NCBI GenBank assembly: GCA_964611315.1
Contig: CAZSYW010000001.1
Coordinates: 3,353-67,352 of the forward strand
Source of the DNA: an uncultured Rhodospirillaceae bacterium
Lineage (GTDB): Bacteria > Pseudomonadota > Alphaproteobacteria > UBA7887
DNA length: 64,000 nt
Direction: 5' to 3'
Positions 48,796 to 57,505 of the stretch are shown piece after piece; within the stretch, counting starts at the first letter, position 1; every line of letters starts with the position of its first letter. The notes under the pieces are model-generated. The model saw only the letters and a list, made by a program, of their open reading frames with translations. It was not told where the DNA came from and did not search any database. A program made the position numbers and the translations under genes.

Positions 48796-49004
48796 GTACG
48801 TCTCCATTTTGCACTCTATAACTAGGGGCCAACCGCATTACCTCGGCTGCTACTCCAACTGAATGCTGAGGGATAACAAGAGGGCTGTCCTGCTTTGTAC
48901 GGTTGCCAGGTGTGTCACCTGTCCGGAACGCATGGGAGTATGTTACAGTAACTGAAATCTGTAACGGGACGGGAGACGACGTTACAACGTCGATAATCAT
49001 CATT

Positions 49005-51056
49005 ATGACCACCGCCACTGATAGCTCAAACACCGATCAAGGTGACCGAAGGCAAACCCATGGCAAATCGGGCAAGAATATGCAGGTGCCGAGCCAAATC
49101 ATGGAAGCTCTGTACACGACCATGCGGCGAATAAGAACATTCGAAGAACGCACTACCGAACTCTTTAACGATGGGGTCGTCAAAGGGACCGCCCACAGTT
49201 ACATGGGTGAAGAAGCAATTGCTTCTGCGGTTTGCGCTAATTTGGATGATGAAGACTTTATCGCGAGCTACCATCGTGGGCACGGCCATTGCATTGCCAA
49301 AGGAGCCAAAACTGACCGCATGATGGCCGAACTGATGGGTCGTGACACAGGTTACTGTCGCGGCCTAGGCGGATCGATGCACATCGCGGATATGGAACTT
49401 AATATATTAGGGGCCAACGGAATTGTCGGCGCGGGGATGCCGTTGGCAACGGGTGCCGCGCTCGCCAGCAAATTGCGTGGAGGAAAACAGGTCTCAGTGA
49501 GTTTTTTTGGCGATGGCGCCAATAACCAGGGCGTATTTCATGAATCAATGAATTTGGCTGCTGTCTGGAAACTACCGTTAATTTTTGTCTGTGAAAACAA
49601 TCAGTATGCTCTGAGCACGTCATACAAAGCCACGACTGCCGTCCCTCAAGTGGCTATGCGCGGTGACGCCTATGGAATTCCGAGTATCACAATTGATGGG
49701 AACGACGCTGCCGAGGTTTATTTAGTGGTACAGGAGGCTGTTGAACGGGCCCGGTCCGGGGGAGGGCCCACACTGATTGAGGCGATGACGTATCGTTGGG
49801 GACAACACTCTATGCGAGCGAATTTACGTGACCCGCGACCAAAAGAAGAATTTGACGAATGGATTGAACGCGACCCAATAGCGCGCATGGAGCGCACTCT
49901 GGTGGCAGACAAAGTGATGACCAAAGAACGGATTGCAGAGATCGGTAGTGATGTGGACAGTGAGATTAAAATTGCTGTGAAGTTCGGAACCGAGAGCCCA
50001 CAACCTACCGTCCAAACTATGGAAGAAGCCGTTTATTCACCACATTTGCCACATGAGGAACCTGGCACTGACGGTGTGACCCGTGAACTCCATTACACGG
50101 AAGCCCTAAATGAGGCACTTCACCAAGAAATGACACGGGATGACCGAGTGATACTTATGGGTGAAGACGTAGGCGAGACAGGCGGTATTTTCCAGGTCTC
50201 AAAAGGACTATTTGACGCGTTTGGAGCAGATCGCGTTCGTGATACGCCGATCTCGGAGGCGACATTTGTCGGATGTGGTATCGGCGCCGCCATAGCGGGT
50301 ATGCGACCAATAGTTGAGCTTCAAATTTTCGATTTCGTGGCGCTGACCATGGATATGCTTGTCAACCAGGCGGCGAAATTCCGGTACATGTTGGGCGGTG
50401 CACCCAATGTACCGGTAGTAGTGCGTGGCCCTCAGGGCGGCGGCATTCGACTTGCCGCGCAACACAGCCAAAGCTTAGAAGCATGGTTTACCCACATACC
50501 CGGCCTTGTAGTAATAGCACCGTCCACACCGTACGACGCCAAGGGACTTCTAACGTCGGCGATCCGCGACGACAATCCGGTTATTTTTCTGGAGCAAAAG
50601 CTCCTTTACCTTGGCCAACCTGCCCCTGTCCCGGAAGTGCCCTACGCGATCCCGATAGGCAAGGCGGACATCAAACGTGTGGGAAGTGACGTTACGGTAG
50701 TTGCTACCTCAGCGATGGTGCCTCGCGCTCTAGGAGCAGCACAGCAATTAGAAGGTGAAGGGATTAGCGTAGAAGTGATCGACCCACGCACACTCAAGCC
50801 TCTCGATGAAGATACGATCCTTAATTCAGTGCGGAAAACAAACCGCCTCCTAGTAGTACATGAAGCCTGCCGCAAAGGCGGCTTTGGCGCCGAAGTAGCT
50901 GCGATTGTAGTCGAGAAAGCTTTCGACTACCTTGACGCTCCAGTTCTCCGACTGGGCGCTCCTGATGCGCCAATCCCATACAACGATGAATTAGAACGCC
51001 TTTCGATTCCGTCTCAGGACCGGATCGTCGAAGAACTTAGGACACTATTAAATTAA
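49005..51056 (+). CDS. fused alpha/beta E1 component of a 2-oxoacid (pyruvate/acetoin/BCKA-type) dehydrogenase, TPP-dependent
   Basis: The alpha part has YMGEEA, the TPP motif GDGANNQGVFHESMNLAAVWKLPLIFVCENNQYA and WGQHS. The beta part has MGEDVGETGGIFQVSKGL and DTPISEA. The start is uncertain (TTG 48903, ATG 49005 or ATG 49080). Confidence 0.85.
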   Translation: MTTATDSSNTDQGDRRQTHGKSGKNMQVPSQIMEALYTTMRRIRTFEERTTELFNDGVVKGTAHSYMGEEAIASAVCANLDDEDFIASYHRGHGHCIAKGAKTDRMMAELMGRDTGYCRGLGGSMHIADMELNILGANGIVGAGMPLATGAALASKLRGGKQVSVSFFGDGANNQGVFHESMNLAAVWKLPLIFVCENNQYALSTSYKATTAVPQVAMRGDAYGIPSITIDGNDAAEVYLVVQEAVERARSGGGPTLIEAMTYRWGQHSMRANLRDPRPKEEFDEWIERDPIARMERTLVADKVMTKERIAEIGSDVDSEIKIAVKFGTESPQPTVQTMEEAVYSPHLPHEEPGTDGVTRELHYTEALNEALHQEMTRDDRVILMGEDVGETGGIFQVSKGLFDAFGADRVRDTPISEATFVGCGIGAAIAGMRPIVELQIFDFVALTMDMLVNQAAKFRYMLGGAPNVPVVVRGPQGGGIRLAAQHSQSLEAWFTHIPGLVVIAPSTPYDAKGLLTSAIRDDNPVIFLEQKLLYLGQPAPVPEVPYAIPIGKADIKRVGSDVTVVATSAMVPRALGAAQQLEGEGISVEVIDPRTLKPLDEDTILNSVRKTNRLLVVHEACRKGGFGAEVAAIVVEKAFDYLDAPVLRLGAPDAPIPYNDELERLSIPSQDRIVEELRTLLN

Positions 51057-51071
51057 TTGTCACAGGGAATT

Positions 51072-51098
51072 TCTTGCTGTAGCTGCAAGAGATTTTTT
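51072..51098 (+). terminator. possible intrinsic terminator after the E1 alpha/beta gene
   Basis: 6-bp stem TCTTGC/GCAAGA (51072-51077, 51085-51090) with a 7-nt loop, followed by GATTTTTT. It lies 16 nt after the stop. The stem is short. Confidence 0.45.
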
Positions 51099-51222
51099 CC
51101 TTGCTAATTTTTGCCCGCGACTGGACAATTTTGGCAAAGAAAAAAGATTAAAGCACTGAAGCCCAAAAAAATTTGGATATTAATTCCGCTTAATCGTGAA
51201 CATATCAGGCCAAGGAGGTGTC

Positions 51223-52275
51223 ATGCGGAGTTATCAGATCGTAGATTGGGATAAGCCACTCGCCTTGAAAGAACAGCCAACCCCGGAGCCCCGTGGTGGT
51301 GAAGTATTGTTGAAGGTTGACGCTTGTGGCGTCTGCCATAGCGATTTGCACATTCGTTCCGGCTATTTCGATATGGGACAGGGTGAACGAACCTACTTGG
51401 CCAAAATGGGTGCTGAGTTGCCAATGACACTCGGTCACGAGACTGTTGGGGAGGTTGTTGGGCTAGGCCCCGAAGCAGACGGCATCACGATGGGAGAAAA
51501 ATGCATCGCTTTCCCTTGGATTGGTTGTGGACGCTGCCAGACTTGCTTAAACGGCGATGAAACCTGCTGCAATTCCCCTAAATTTCTGGGAACCAGAGTC
51601 GACGGCGGCTATAGCGATTACGTGTTAATACCCGATGCAAAATATTTATTCGACTACGGTAACATACCCACAGATCATGCTGCGACCTTCGCCTGTGCCG
51701 GCATTACTGCCTATGGAGCCCTCAAAAAATGTGGCCGCCTAACCTCTCATGACTATTTATTAATAATTGGCGCTGGCGGCGTAGGTTTGACGGCTCTGCA
51801 CATAGCGGCCGCCTTGAACGAAGCGAAAGTGATTGTCGCAGATATAGACGCGGGTAAACGAAGGACTGCCTCCGCAAGCGGCGCATACGCGACCATCGAC
51901 AGCTCAAAAAACGACGCGGTTAAAAAGATACTAGAAGCAAGCGGGGGCGGTGTCGCCGCTGCAATCGACTTCGTTGGAATGCCCGAGACATCACGCTTAG
52001 GTATCGACACTATGCGTAAAACCGGTGTTCACGTGATTGTGGGACTGTATGGCGGGGCTATGACAATCCCTACTGTTTTCTTTCCGTTTAAACAAATGAC
52101 GATACGTGGTTCTTATGTTGGAACTCTAAGTGAGATGAGCGAAATGATGGATTTGGTGAGAGATGGGAGAATACCGCCCATACCGATTACGCCGAGACCA
52201 TTAGATGAAGCCAACCAAGTTCTGGAGGAACTTGCCAAGGGTAAGATTGTAGGAAGGGTTGTGCTGAAGCCGTGA
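51223..52275 (+). CDS. zinc-dependent alcohol dehydrogenase (MDR family)
   Basis: Contains GVCHSDLH, GHETVGEV, a structural-Zn Cys cluster (CGRCQTCLNGDETCC) and GAGGVG. ATG 51223 lies 5 nt after SD AAGGAGG. Confidence 0.9.
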   Translation: MRSYQIVDWDKPLALKEQPTPEPRGGEVLLKVDACGVCHSDLHIRSGYFDMGQGERTYLAKMGAELPMTLGHETVGEVVGLGPEADGITMGEKCIAFPWIGCGRCQTCLNGDETCCNSPKFLGTRVDGGYSDYVLIPDAKYLFDYGNIPTDHAATFACAGITAYGALKKCGRLTSHDYLLIIGAGGVGLTALHIAAALNEAKVIVADIDAGKRRTASASGAYATIDSSKNDAVKKILEASGGGVAAAIDFVGMPETSRLGIDTMRKTGVHVIVGLYGGAMTIPTVFFPFKQMTIRGSYVGTLSEMSEMMDLVRDGRIPPIPITPRPLDEANQVLEELAKGKIVGRVVLKP

Positions 52276-52308
52276 CATTAAAAACAACAAACCAAAGTTA
52301 GCCCAATT

Positions 52309-53151
52309 ATGTCCCGTCACCTAATTTGCCTCAGTTTTGACTTCGATGCTCTCTCTGGTTGGATCGCTCGGGGCTTAACGACGCCGACACCGATGTCACG
52401 GGGCGAATTCGGTGCTGTTGGCGCCAAGAGAATTCTGGCGTTGTTAGCCAAACACAACATCCGTTCCACCTGGTTCATTCCGGGAGTCACTATTGACACC
52501 TACCCTGACATTTGCAGGAGCATCACCGCCGCCGGCCACGAGATTGGACATCATGGGTGGACCCATGTACCACCGGCAAATTTGACGCCTAGTATTGAGG
52601 CCGAACATCTTAAGCGCGCCAATGAGGCAATACACAAGTTATCTGGACACCCGGCACGAGGTTATCGTTCGCCATCTTGGGATTTAAGTGCGCATACGAT
52701 TGGATTGTTAATCGACAATAACTTCACGTACGACAGCAGCATGATGGGACACGACCATCACCCGTACAGAGCGCGTTGTGATGATATTATTACCGAAGAA
52801 GGTTCGGTACAATTTGGAGATCCCACGAATTTAATCGAAATGCCCGTTAGCTGGACCCTTGACGACTACCCTTATTTCGAATTCATTCGAACCGACAGCG
52901 TGACTCTGCCTGGATTATCCACCGCTCGCGACGTACTAAAAAATTGGCTGGACGATTTCACCTACATGTGTCGGACCGAACACTGGGGCATTCTCACCTA
53001 CACGTTCCACCCATTCGTCATTGGTCGCGGCCACCGAATGATGATTTTAGAGGAGTTAATTTTGTCGCTAACTGATCAGGGCGCCATCTTCACGACCATG
53101 GCCGACGCTGCAGAAGAATTTTTAAAGCGCGCACCCTTACACACTGTTTAA
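52309..53151 (+). CDS. polysaccharide deacetylase (NodB-like) family protein
   Basis: 280 aa with NodB-type motifs LSFDFD and GHEIGHHGWTH, and no signal peptide. The architecture resembles cytosolic PuuE-like amidohydrolases. Confidence 0.7.
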   Translation: MSRHLICLSFDFDALSGWIARGLTTPTPMSRGEFGAVGAKRILALLAKHNIRSTWFIPGVTIDTYPDICRSITAAGHEIGHHGWTHVPPANLTPSIEAEHLKRANEAIHKLSGHPARGYRSPSWDLSAHTIGLLIDNNFTYDSSMMGHDHHPYRARCDDIITEEGSVQFGDPTNLIEMPVSWTLDDYPYFEFIRTDSVTLPGLSTARDVLKNWLDDFTYMCRTEHWGILTYTFHPFVIGRGHRMMILEELILSLTDQGAIFTTMADAAEEFLKRAPLHTV

Positions 53152-53287
53152 TTTTAGATAGCGTGAGTCAGAGTTAGCGAAAGGATAATAGAACTGGCGG
53201 CGGAACCGTTGCATCAAACATTGTTTAAGGCCGAGAGCACCAGCACACCTCCTGAACAAACATCTAGCCACATTAGGGGAACTACCC

Positions 53288-53926
53288 ATGATCCACGAAC
53301 TCCGGACATATACTCTCAAACCAGGCACGATCAACAAGGTACTTGAAGCCAGCGGGACCGTGGCACGACGAATTAGAGGTGGCGACAACTATGGGGTCCT
53401 CGAGGGACATTGGTCCAGCGAAATAGGCACACTCAATCAGTACGTTCATTTGTGGGGGTTCGAAAGCCTGGCCGAAATGCAACGCCTGCGCGGTGAACTT
53501 GCTGCACTTCCGGAGTGGCACGAAGAATACGTCCCCTTGATTCGTCCTAACGTGCTCAAACAGGAAATTCGCATACTGCGCCCTGTGCTTGATATGAAAC
53601 AACCGGAAGAGGGCAATAATTTTCACGAGCTTCGCACATACCGTCTTAAACCAGGGAAGGCTTCTGAGTGGACCGAACGGATGGCCGAGGCCATGCCCAC
53701 GCGCGAAAAATACTCTCGAAACCTTGGGTTATGGATCAATATCTTCCCCGACCCCAACGAAGTAACACACCTTTGGACCTATAAGAGCTGGCAGGAACGG
53801 ATGGAGGCACGAGCGGGAGCAGGAGCGGATCCAGCATGGCAAAAATTCCTTCAATACGCCGGACCACTTATGGAAAGTATGCACTCCCTGATTCTCACAC
53901 CATCTCCTTATTCACCCCGTCAGTAA
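53288..53926 (+). CDS. tandem NIPSNAP domain protein
   Basis: Two repeats open with IHELRTYTLKPG and FHELRTYRLKPGK, the NIPSNAP hallmark. Confidence 0.8.
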   Translation: MIHELRTYTLKPGTINKVLEASGTVARRIRGGDNYGVLEGHWSSEIGTLNQYVHLWGFESLAEMQRLRGELAALPEWHEEYVPLIRPNVLKQEIRILRPVLDMKQPEEGNNFHELRTYRLKPGKASEWTERMAEAMPTREKYSRNLGLWINIFPDPNEVTHLWTYKSWQERMEARAGAGADPAWQKFLQYAGPLMESMHSLILTPSPYSPRQ

Positions 53927-53984
53927 GTCAGTCTTCGAAAGGTTTCTCAGCGAAAGTAAACACAACCCGAAAAGTAGGACACAA

Positions 53985-54419
53985 ATGGAGATCCAGAATT
54001 TCACGCCCTGGTCAGCCCTGATTGGAGGAATGTTGATTGGTCTTTCGACAGTACTATTGTTTGCAGTGAATGGGCGTCTCGCAGGCATAAGCTCGATTGT
54101 GCGGGGCGTGGTTGCGCCTCAAAGACCTGGCGATCTTGACTGGAGAATTCTGTTTCTAACGGGTTTGGTGTTCGGCGCATTCCTGTACAGGTTGTTAAAC
54201 GGAATGAACAGTTCAATCACTCTCGAGGCTTCACTATTGACTGTCGGAATCGGCGGCATTCTCACAGGGGTCGGGACGGCAGTGGGGAATGGGTGCACGA
54301 GCGGGCATGGAATTTGCGGACTTGCTCGCAAATCAACCCGGTCACTGATGGCGACAATAACTTTTATGGTGATAGGGGGAACAACTGTTTTCTTTCTGCG
54401 CCACGTTATCGGAGCTTAA
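53985..54419 (+). CDS. YeeE/YedE family sulfur-transport-like membrane protein (half-size)
   Basis: 144 aa with 4 TM helices and the conserved Cys motif GNGCTSGHGICG. Confidence 0.75.
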   Translation: MEIQNFTPWSALIGGMLIGLSTVLLFAVNGRLAGISSIVRGVVAPQRPGDLDWRILFLTGLVFGAFLYRLLNGMNSSITLEASLLTVGIGGILTGVGTAVGNGCTSGHGICGLARKSTRSLMATITFMVIGGTTVFFLRHVIGA

Positions 54420-54422
54420 CTT

Positions 54423-54845
54423 ATGAAACGTTCAGTTTTAGTAGCTTTTTCGGGCCTCCTTTTTGGTTTCGGTTTGTGTGTGTCGCAGATGGTGAATCCA
54501 GAGAAAGTGCTCGGTTTTCTTGACCTGTTCGGATCATGGGACCCAAGTCTTGCGTTCGTGATGATTGGCGGCTTAGGGGTCGCGGCTTTTGGACTCGCAC
54601 GCGTGTCGACTTGGCAAAAACCGCTCCTCGCGGCTGATTTTTCACCACCACCGCGTTCCGGAATTGACGCACCTCTCATCGCAGGCGCCGCAATATTCGG
54701 TGCAGGCTGGGGCTTGGTAGGTTTTTGCCCCGGTCCTGCTATCGCCTCGTTAGCCTACGGACTAGAGGAAAGCTGGGTGTTTCTCGCTGCGATGTTTGTT
54801 GGCATGATGGCAGTCCGTTTGGTACCGGGAACGCGATCACTATAA
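54423..54845 (+). CDS. YeeE/YedE-related membrane protein (second half-size subunit)
   Basis: 140 aa with 4 TM helices and GFCPGPA. It starts 3 nt after the previous stop. Confidence 0.7.
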   Translation: MKRSVLVAFSGLLFGFGLCVSQMVNPEKVLGFLDLFGSWDPSLAFVMIGGLGVAAFGLARVSTWQKPLLAADFSPPPRSGIDAPLIAGAAIFGAGWGLVGFCPGPAIASLAYGLEESWVFLAAMFVGMMAVRLVPGTRSL

Positions 54846-54977
54846 CCGACATAGCGGCGATCGTTTAAAGTTTTGCAGAAATGGGCCAGGAACCTGCCGG
54901 TGGTTACCGACCCAATATTAACAACATGAATTTAAACGGTCTCGGCATACAACCTTACTATCTCAAAACGTTTAATC

Positions 54978-55496
54978 TTAAGGCTTACCGAAAGTTGCTA
55001 TCCTATCTATCCGACACCTAAACAAGACCCGTTTTTCCTCAATCGACGGGTCACGCAACCCATATGGCGGCTCGTTCCCGGTGTATTTGGTCCATATTTT
55101 GTCAAGTTGTTTTGTAACACCAGGGTCATCTTCTTCACGAACCTCCTCCGCAACGGTGCACTTAATGCTCATCCAGTGGTAGGGATTGTCAGGATTGACT
55201 AACAACAATGTGAGTTGCGGATTATCACGAATCCACCCACACTTTGGTCTTTGTGAGGCTGTGTTAACTAAAATATCGTCCCCCTCGTAATCGCACCACA
55301 TTGGCGTCAAGCCTGGGCGCCCATCTGGTCCGATTACGGCGAGAGTCATCACTATCGGCCGGTCCAACAGTTCTTTGTAAATCGGATCAAGATCGCTAAT
55401 ACTCCCCGCACGATGACGGTCGCCAATATTAAACTGGCCAGCTTGCAAACCTTCAGAGACGTCACGAAATTTTGCAATCGTGAATGAATCAGCCAC
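54978..55496 (-). CDS. pyridoxamine 5'-phosphate oxidase family (split-barrel flavin/F420-binding) protein
   Basis: 172 aa. The PPOX-like pattern is VMTLAVIGPDGRPGLTPMW...VNTASQRPK. The assignment is from overall similarity only. Confidence 0.55.
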   Translation of the reverse strand: MADSFTIAKFRDVSEGLQAGQFNIGDRHRAGSISDLDPIYKELLDRPIVMTLAVIGPDGRPGLTPMWCDYEGDDILVNTASQRPKCGWIRDNPQLTLLLVNPDNPYHWMSIKCTVAEEVREEDDPGVTKQLDKIWTKYTGNEPPYGLRDPSIEEKRVLFRCRIDRIATFGKP

Positions 55497-55597
55497 ATCA
55501 CTCTCCTACCAAAAAATAAGTCGAATCGATGAACGATGGTACCTAGTCAAAAAGAAATATCAAGAAACAGACGCTCTACTGTACCTCGTTGCACCTC

Positions 55598-56098
55598 TCA
55601 ACCACGTAAGATCATCTCGAATTCACTGAACACTGCTTCATATAACGGTTTTTTAAAATCGACTATCGCCTCTAGTACTTCGGCAGGACGCATCCAGCAC
55701 CAGTCACTAAATTCCGCATGCTCAGTGGTGTTAAGATCAATATCCTGATCCTCACCCCTAAACCGCATGGCAAACCATTTTTGAGTCTGCCCATGATAAC
55801 GACCACCCCATGTGATCGCCGCCAGTTTTACGGGAAAATCGTAGTTCAACCACCCACATGACTCAGCTACTATGTCCGCGTGTTTCGTACCGATTTCCTC
55901 TTTTAATTCTCGCATTGCAGCAGCGCGTGGCGTCTCCCGATCAGTGATCCCTCCCTGCGGCATCTGCCATGCCGGAACTGCCATATCGACACGGCGGGCC
56001 GCGAATACCAGATTGTCCGTATTCAACAGCATGATCCCGACACCGCGTCGATAGGTACGAACTGGCCCTTCGTGATGGTGTCGTGCCTCAGAAACCAA
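55598..56098 (-). CDS. rppH: RNA pyrophosphohydrolase (Nudix)
   Basis: Contains YRRGVGIMLLN, WQMPQGGI and the Nudix box AAMRELKEEIG. Its position next to ctpA is typical of alphaproteobacteria. Confidence 0.85.
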   Translation of the reverse strand: MVSEARHHHEGPVRTYRRGVGIMLLNTDNLVFAARRVDMAVPAWQMPQGGITDRETPRAAAMRELKEEIGTKHADIVAESCGWLNYDFPVKLAAITWGGRYHGQTQKWFAMRFRGEDQDIDLNTTEHAEFSDWCWMRPAEVLEAIVDFKKPLYEAVFSEFEMILRG

Positions 56099-56224
56099 TT
56101 ACTTCAATTTCACTGACATTGACTTTTTGATCAACCACCACCGCTCCTTAAAAGCACCCCATAGCGGTCGACGCCGAAGTCGTTCTGTCACGGTGTCCTC
56201 CGCCAACAGGGTTGGTTTCTAAAA

Positions 56225-57505
56225 TTACACGCGGTCTTCAAACAATGCGACCCCACGAATGAGATCTAATGCCCGTTGCAGCTGATAATCCAGCACTTCG
56301 TCACTATCGGTAGCAGCCGCGACACCGCCTTCTTCGACTTCCAACGGATTGGAACTTTCAGATTCGGATTCCAAACGCCCTCTCAGGTCGTTTTCGCGAC
56401 GCCGGCTGGCATCTGACGTGATTTGGATTGTTCCGGCGTCAACTAAAATATCTGGCTCAATCCCCGTGGCTTGTATTGATCGACCAGAAGGTGTGTAGTA
56501 ACGCGCCGTCGTAAGACGCATGGCCCCTTCCCCAGGCAATGGGATGACCGTCTGGACAGAGCCTTTTCCAAAAGAACGGGTGCCAAGAATAATGGCACGG
56601 CGGTGATCTTGCAGAGCACCTGCTACAATTTCGGAGGCCGACGCAGATCCGCCATTAATTAGCACCACAACGGGCAATCCTTCAGCGATGTCCCCGGCCC
56701 TTGCATTAAAACGCTGTCCACCACGATTTCCACGCCCTCTCGTCGAGACAATCTCACCTTTCTCGAGAAAAGCATCGGACACTGCCACCGCCTGATCAAG
56801 CAGTCCGCCCGGGTTGTTTCGCAAATCGATCACCACCCCCTGAAGTCCTTCGCCAATCTCCTTACGCAATTCCTTCATGGCGTCCTCCACTCCCGAATCT
56901 GTCTGCTCGGTAAATGACGCCACACGAATAAAGGCCACTTCCCCCTCTGCCCGAGATCTCACAGAACGAATTCGGATTACGTCACGAATAATAGCCACGT
57001 CAAAGGGTTGCTCTACTCCCCCACGCTGCACAGTAATCACAATTTCAGAATTAACCGGACCCCGCATGCGTTCGACTGCTTCTCCAAGAGTTAAGCCAAA
57101 GACCTGTTCCCCGTCTATGCCAATAATAAAATCCCCTGATTGCATACCAGCCTTATGTGCAGGAGTATCATCGATTGGGGACACTACCTTCACCAAACCA
57201 TTTTCCATCGTCACTTCAATCCCAAGTCCTCCAAACTCACCTCGGGTATGCACCTGCATTTCGCCGTACGCTTTTGGATTGAGAAATGATGAATGGGGGT
57301 CCAGTGAGCTAAGCATTCCCTGAATCGCGGCTTCGATCAGTTCAGAGTCGTCCACTTCCTCCACATATTCAGCACGCACCCTCTCAAATACGTCGCCAAA
57401 CATATTAAGCTGACGATAGGTTTCTGAGCTAACTGCCCGCACCTCGTTAAACGAGGCGACAAAAGCAATTGCTGCCCCTGTCGCAACCAACATATACCGG
57501 ATCAT
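56225..57505 (-). CDS. ctpA: S41 carboxy-terminal processing peptidase
   Basis: 426 aa with a PDZ segment, the Ser motif GSASASEIVAGALQD and the Lys motif FGKGSVQ. Confidence 0.9.
   Translation of the reverse strand: MIRYMLVATGAAIAFVASFNEVRAVSSETYRQLNMFGDVFERVRAEYVEEVDDSELIEAAIQGMLSSLDPHSSFLNPKAYGEMQVHTRGEFGGLGIEVTMENGLVKVVSPIDDTPAHKAGMQSGDFIIGIDGEQVFGLTLGEAVERMRGPVNSEIVITVQRGGVEQPFDVAIIRDVIRIRSVRSRAEGEVAFIRVASFTEQTDSGVEDAMKELRKEIGEGLQGVVIDLRNNPGGLLDQAVAVSDAFLEKGEIVSTRGRGNRGGQRFNARAGDIAEGLPVVVLINGGSASASEIVAGALQDHRRAIILGTRSFGKGSVQTVIPLPGEGAMRLTTARYYTPSGRSIQATGIEPDILVDAGTIQITSDASRRRENDLRGRLESESESSNPLEVEEGGVAAATDSDEVLDYQLQRALDLIRGVALFEDRV

Noticed and set aside
48860-48900. Possible TPP riboswitch upstream of the TPP-dependent E1 gene, suggested by the CTGAGGGATAAC segment.
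   Set aside because: Only the CTGAG pentamer resembles the THI-box. I could not find the rest of the conserved core or helices. E1 genes are also not usual TPP-riboswitch targets.
48989-49010. Second Fur-box-like AT-rich palindrome GATAATCATCATTATG overlapping the putative E1 alpha/beta start codon.
   Set aside because: It matches the Fur consensus at only 13-14 of 19 positions in either register. The ATAAT/ATTAT arms are 4 nt apart instead of the 1 nt in the 7-1-7 model. It may simply be AT-rich sequence around the start.
51122-51136. Sigma-54-like TGGACA-N5-TGGCA upstream of the alcohol dehydrogenase gene.
   Set aside because: The GG-to-GC spacing is one nt short of the -24/-12 consensus (TGGCAC-N5-TTGC), the -12 element is TGGCA rather than TTGC, and no enhancer-binding protein gene is nearby.
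51180-51193. CtrA-box-like TTAA-N6-TTAA upstream of the ADH gene. A TTAA-N7-TAAG lies near 47549-47563.
   Set aside because: The first has the wrong spacer length (6 rather than 7) and the second has a degenerate half-site. Neither is adjacent to a cell-cycle gene.
39304-53151. Idea that the PuuD-N-like membrane protein, the adenosine deaminase and the PuuE-like NodB hydrolase form a dispersed purine/urate catabolic set.
   Set aside because: The genes are 4-13 kb apart, on different strands and in different transcription units. No uricase, allantoinase or allantoicase core genes are present. The link is only nominal.
54862-54975. Three copies of CGTTTAA (two direct, one inverted) in the gap between the YeeE2 and PPOX-like genes.
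   Set aside because: It is a short AT-rich heptamer in an AT-rich convergent spacer, so chance recurrence is plausible. No associated structure or coding potential is present.
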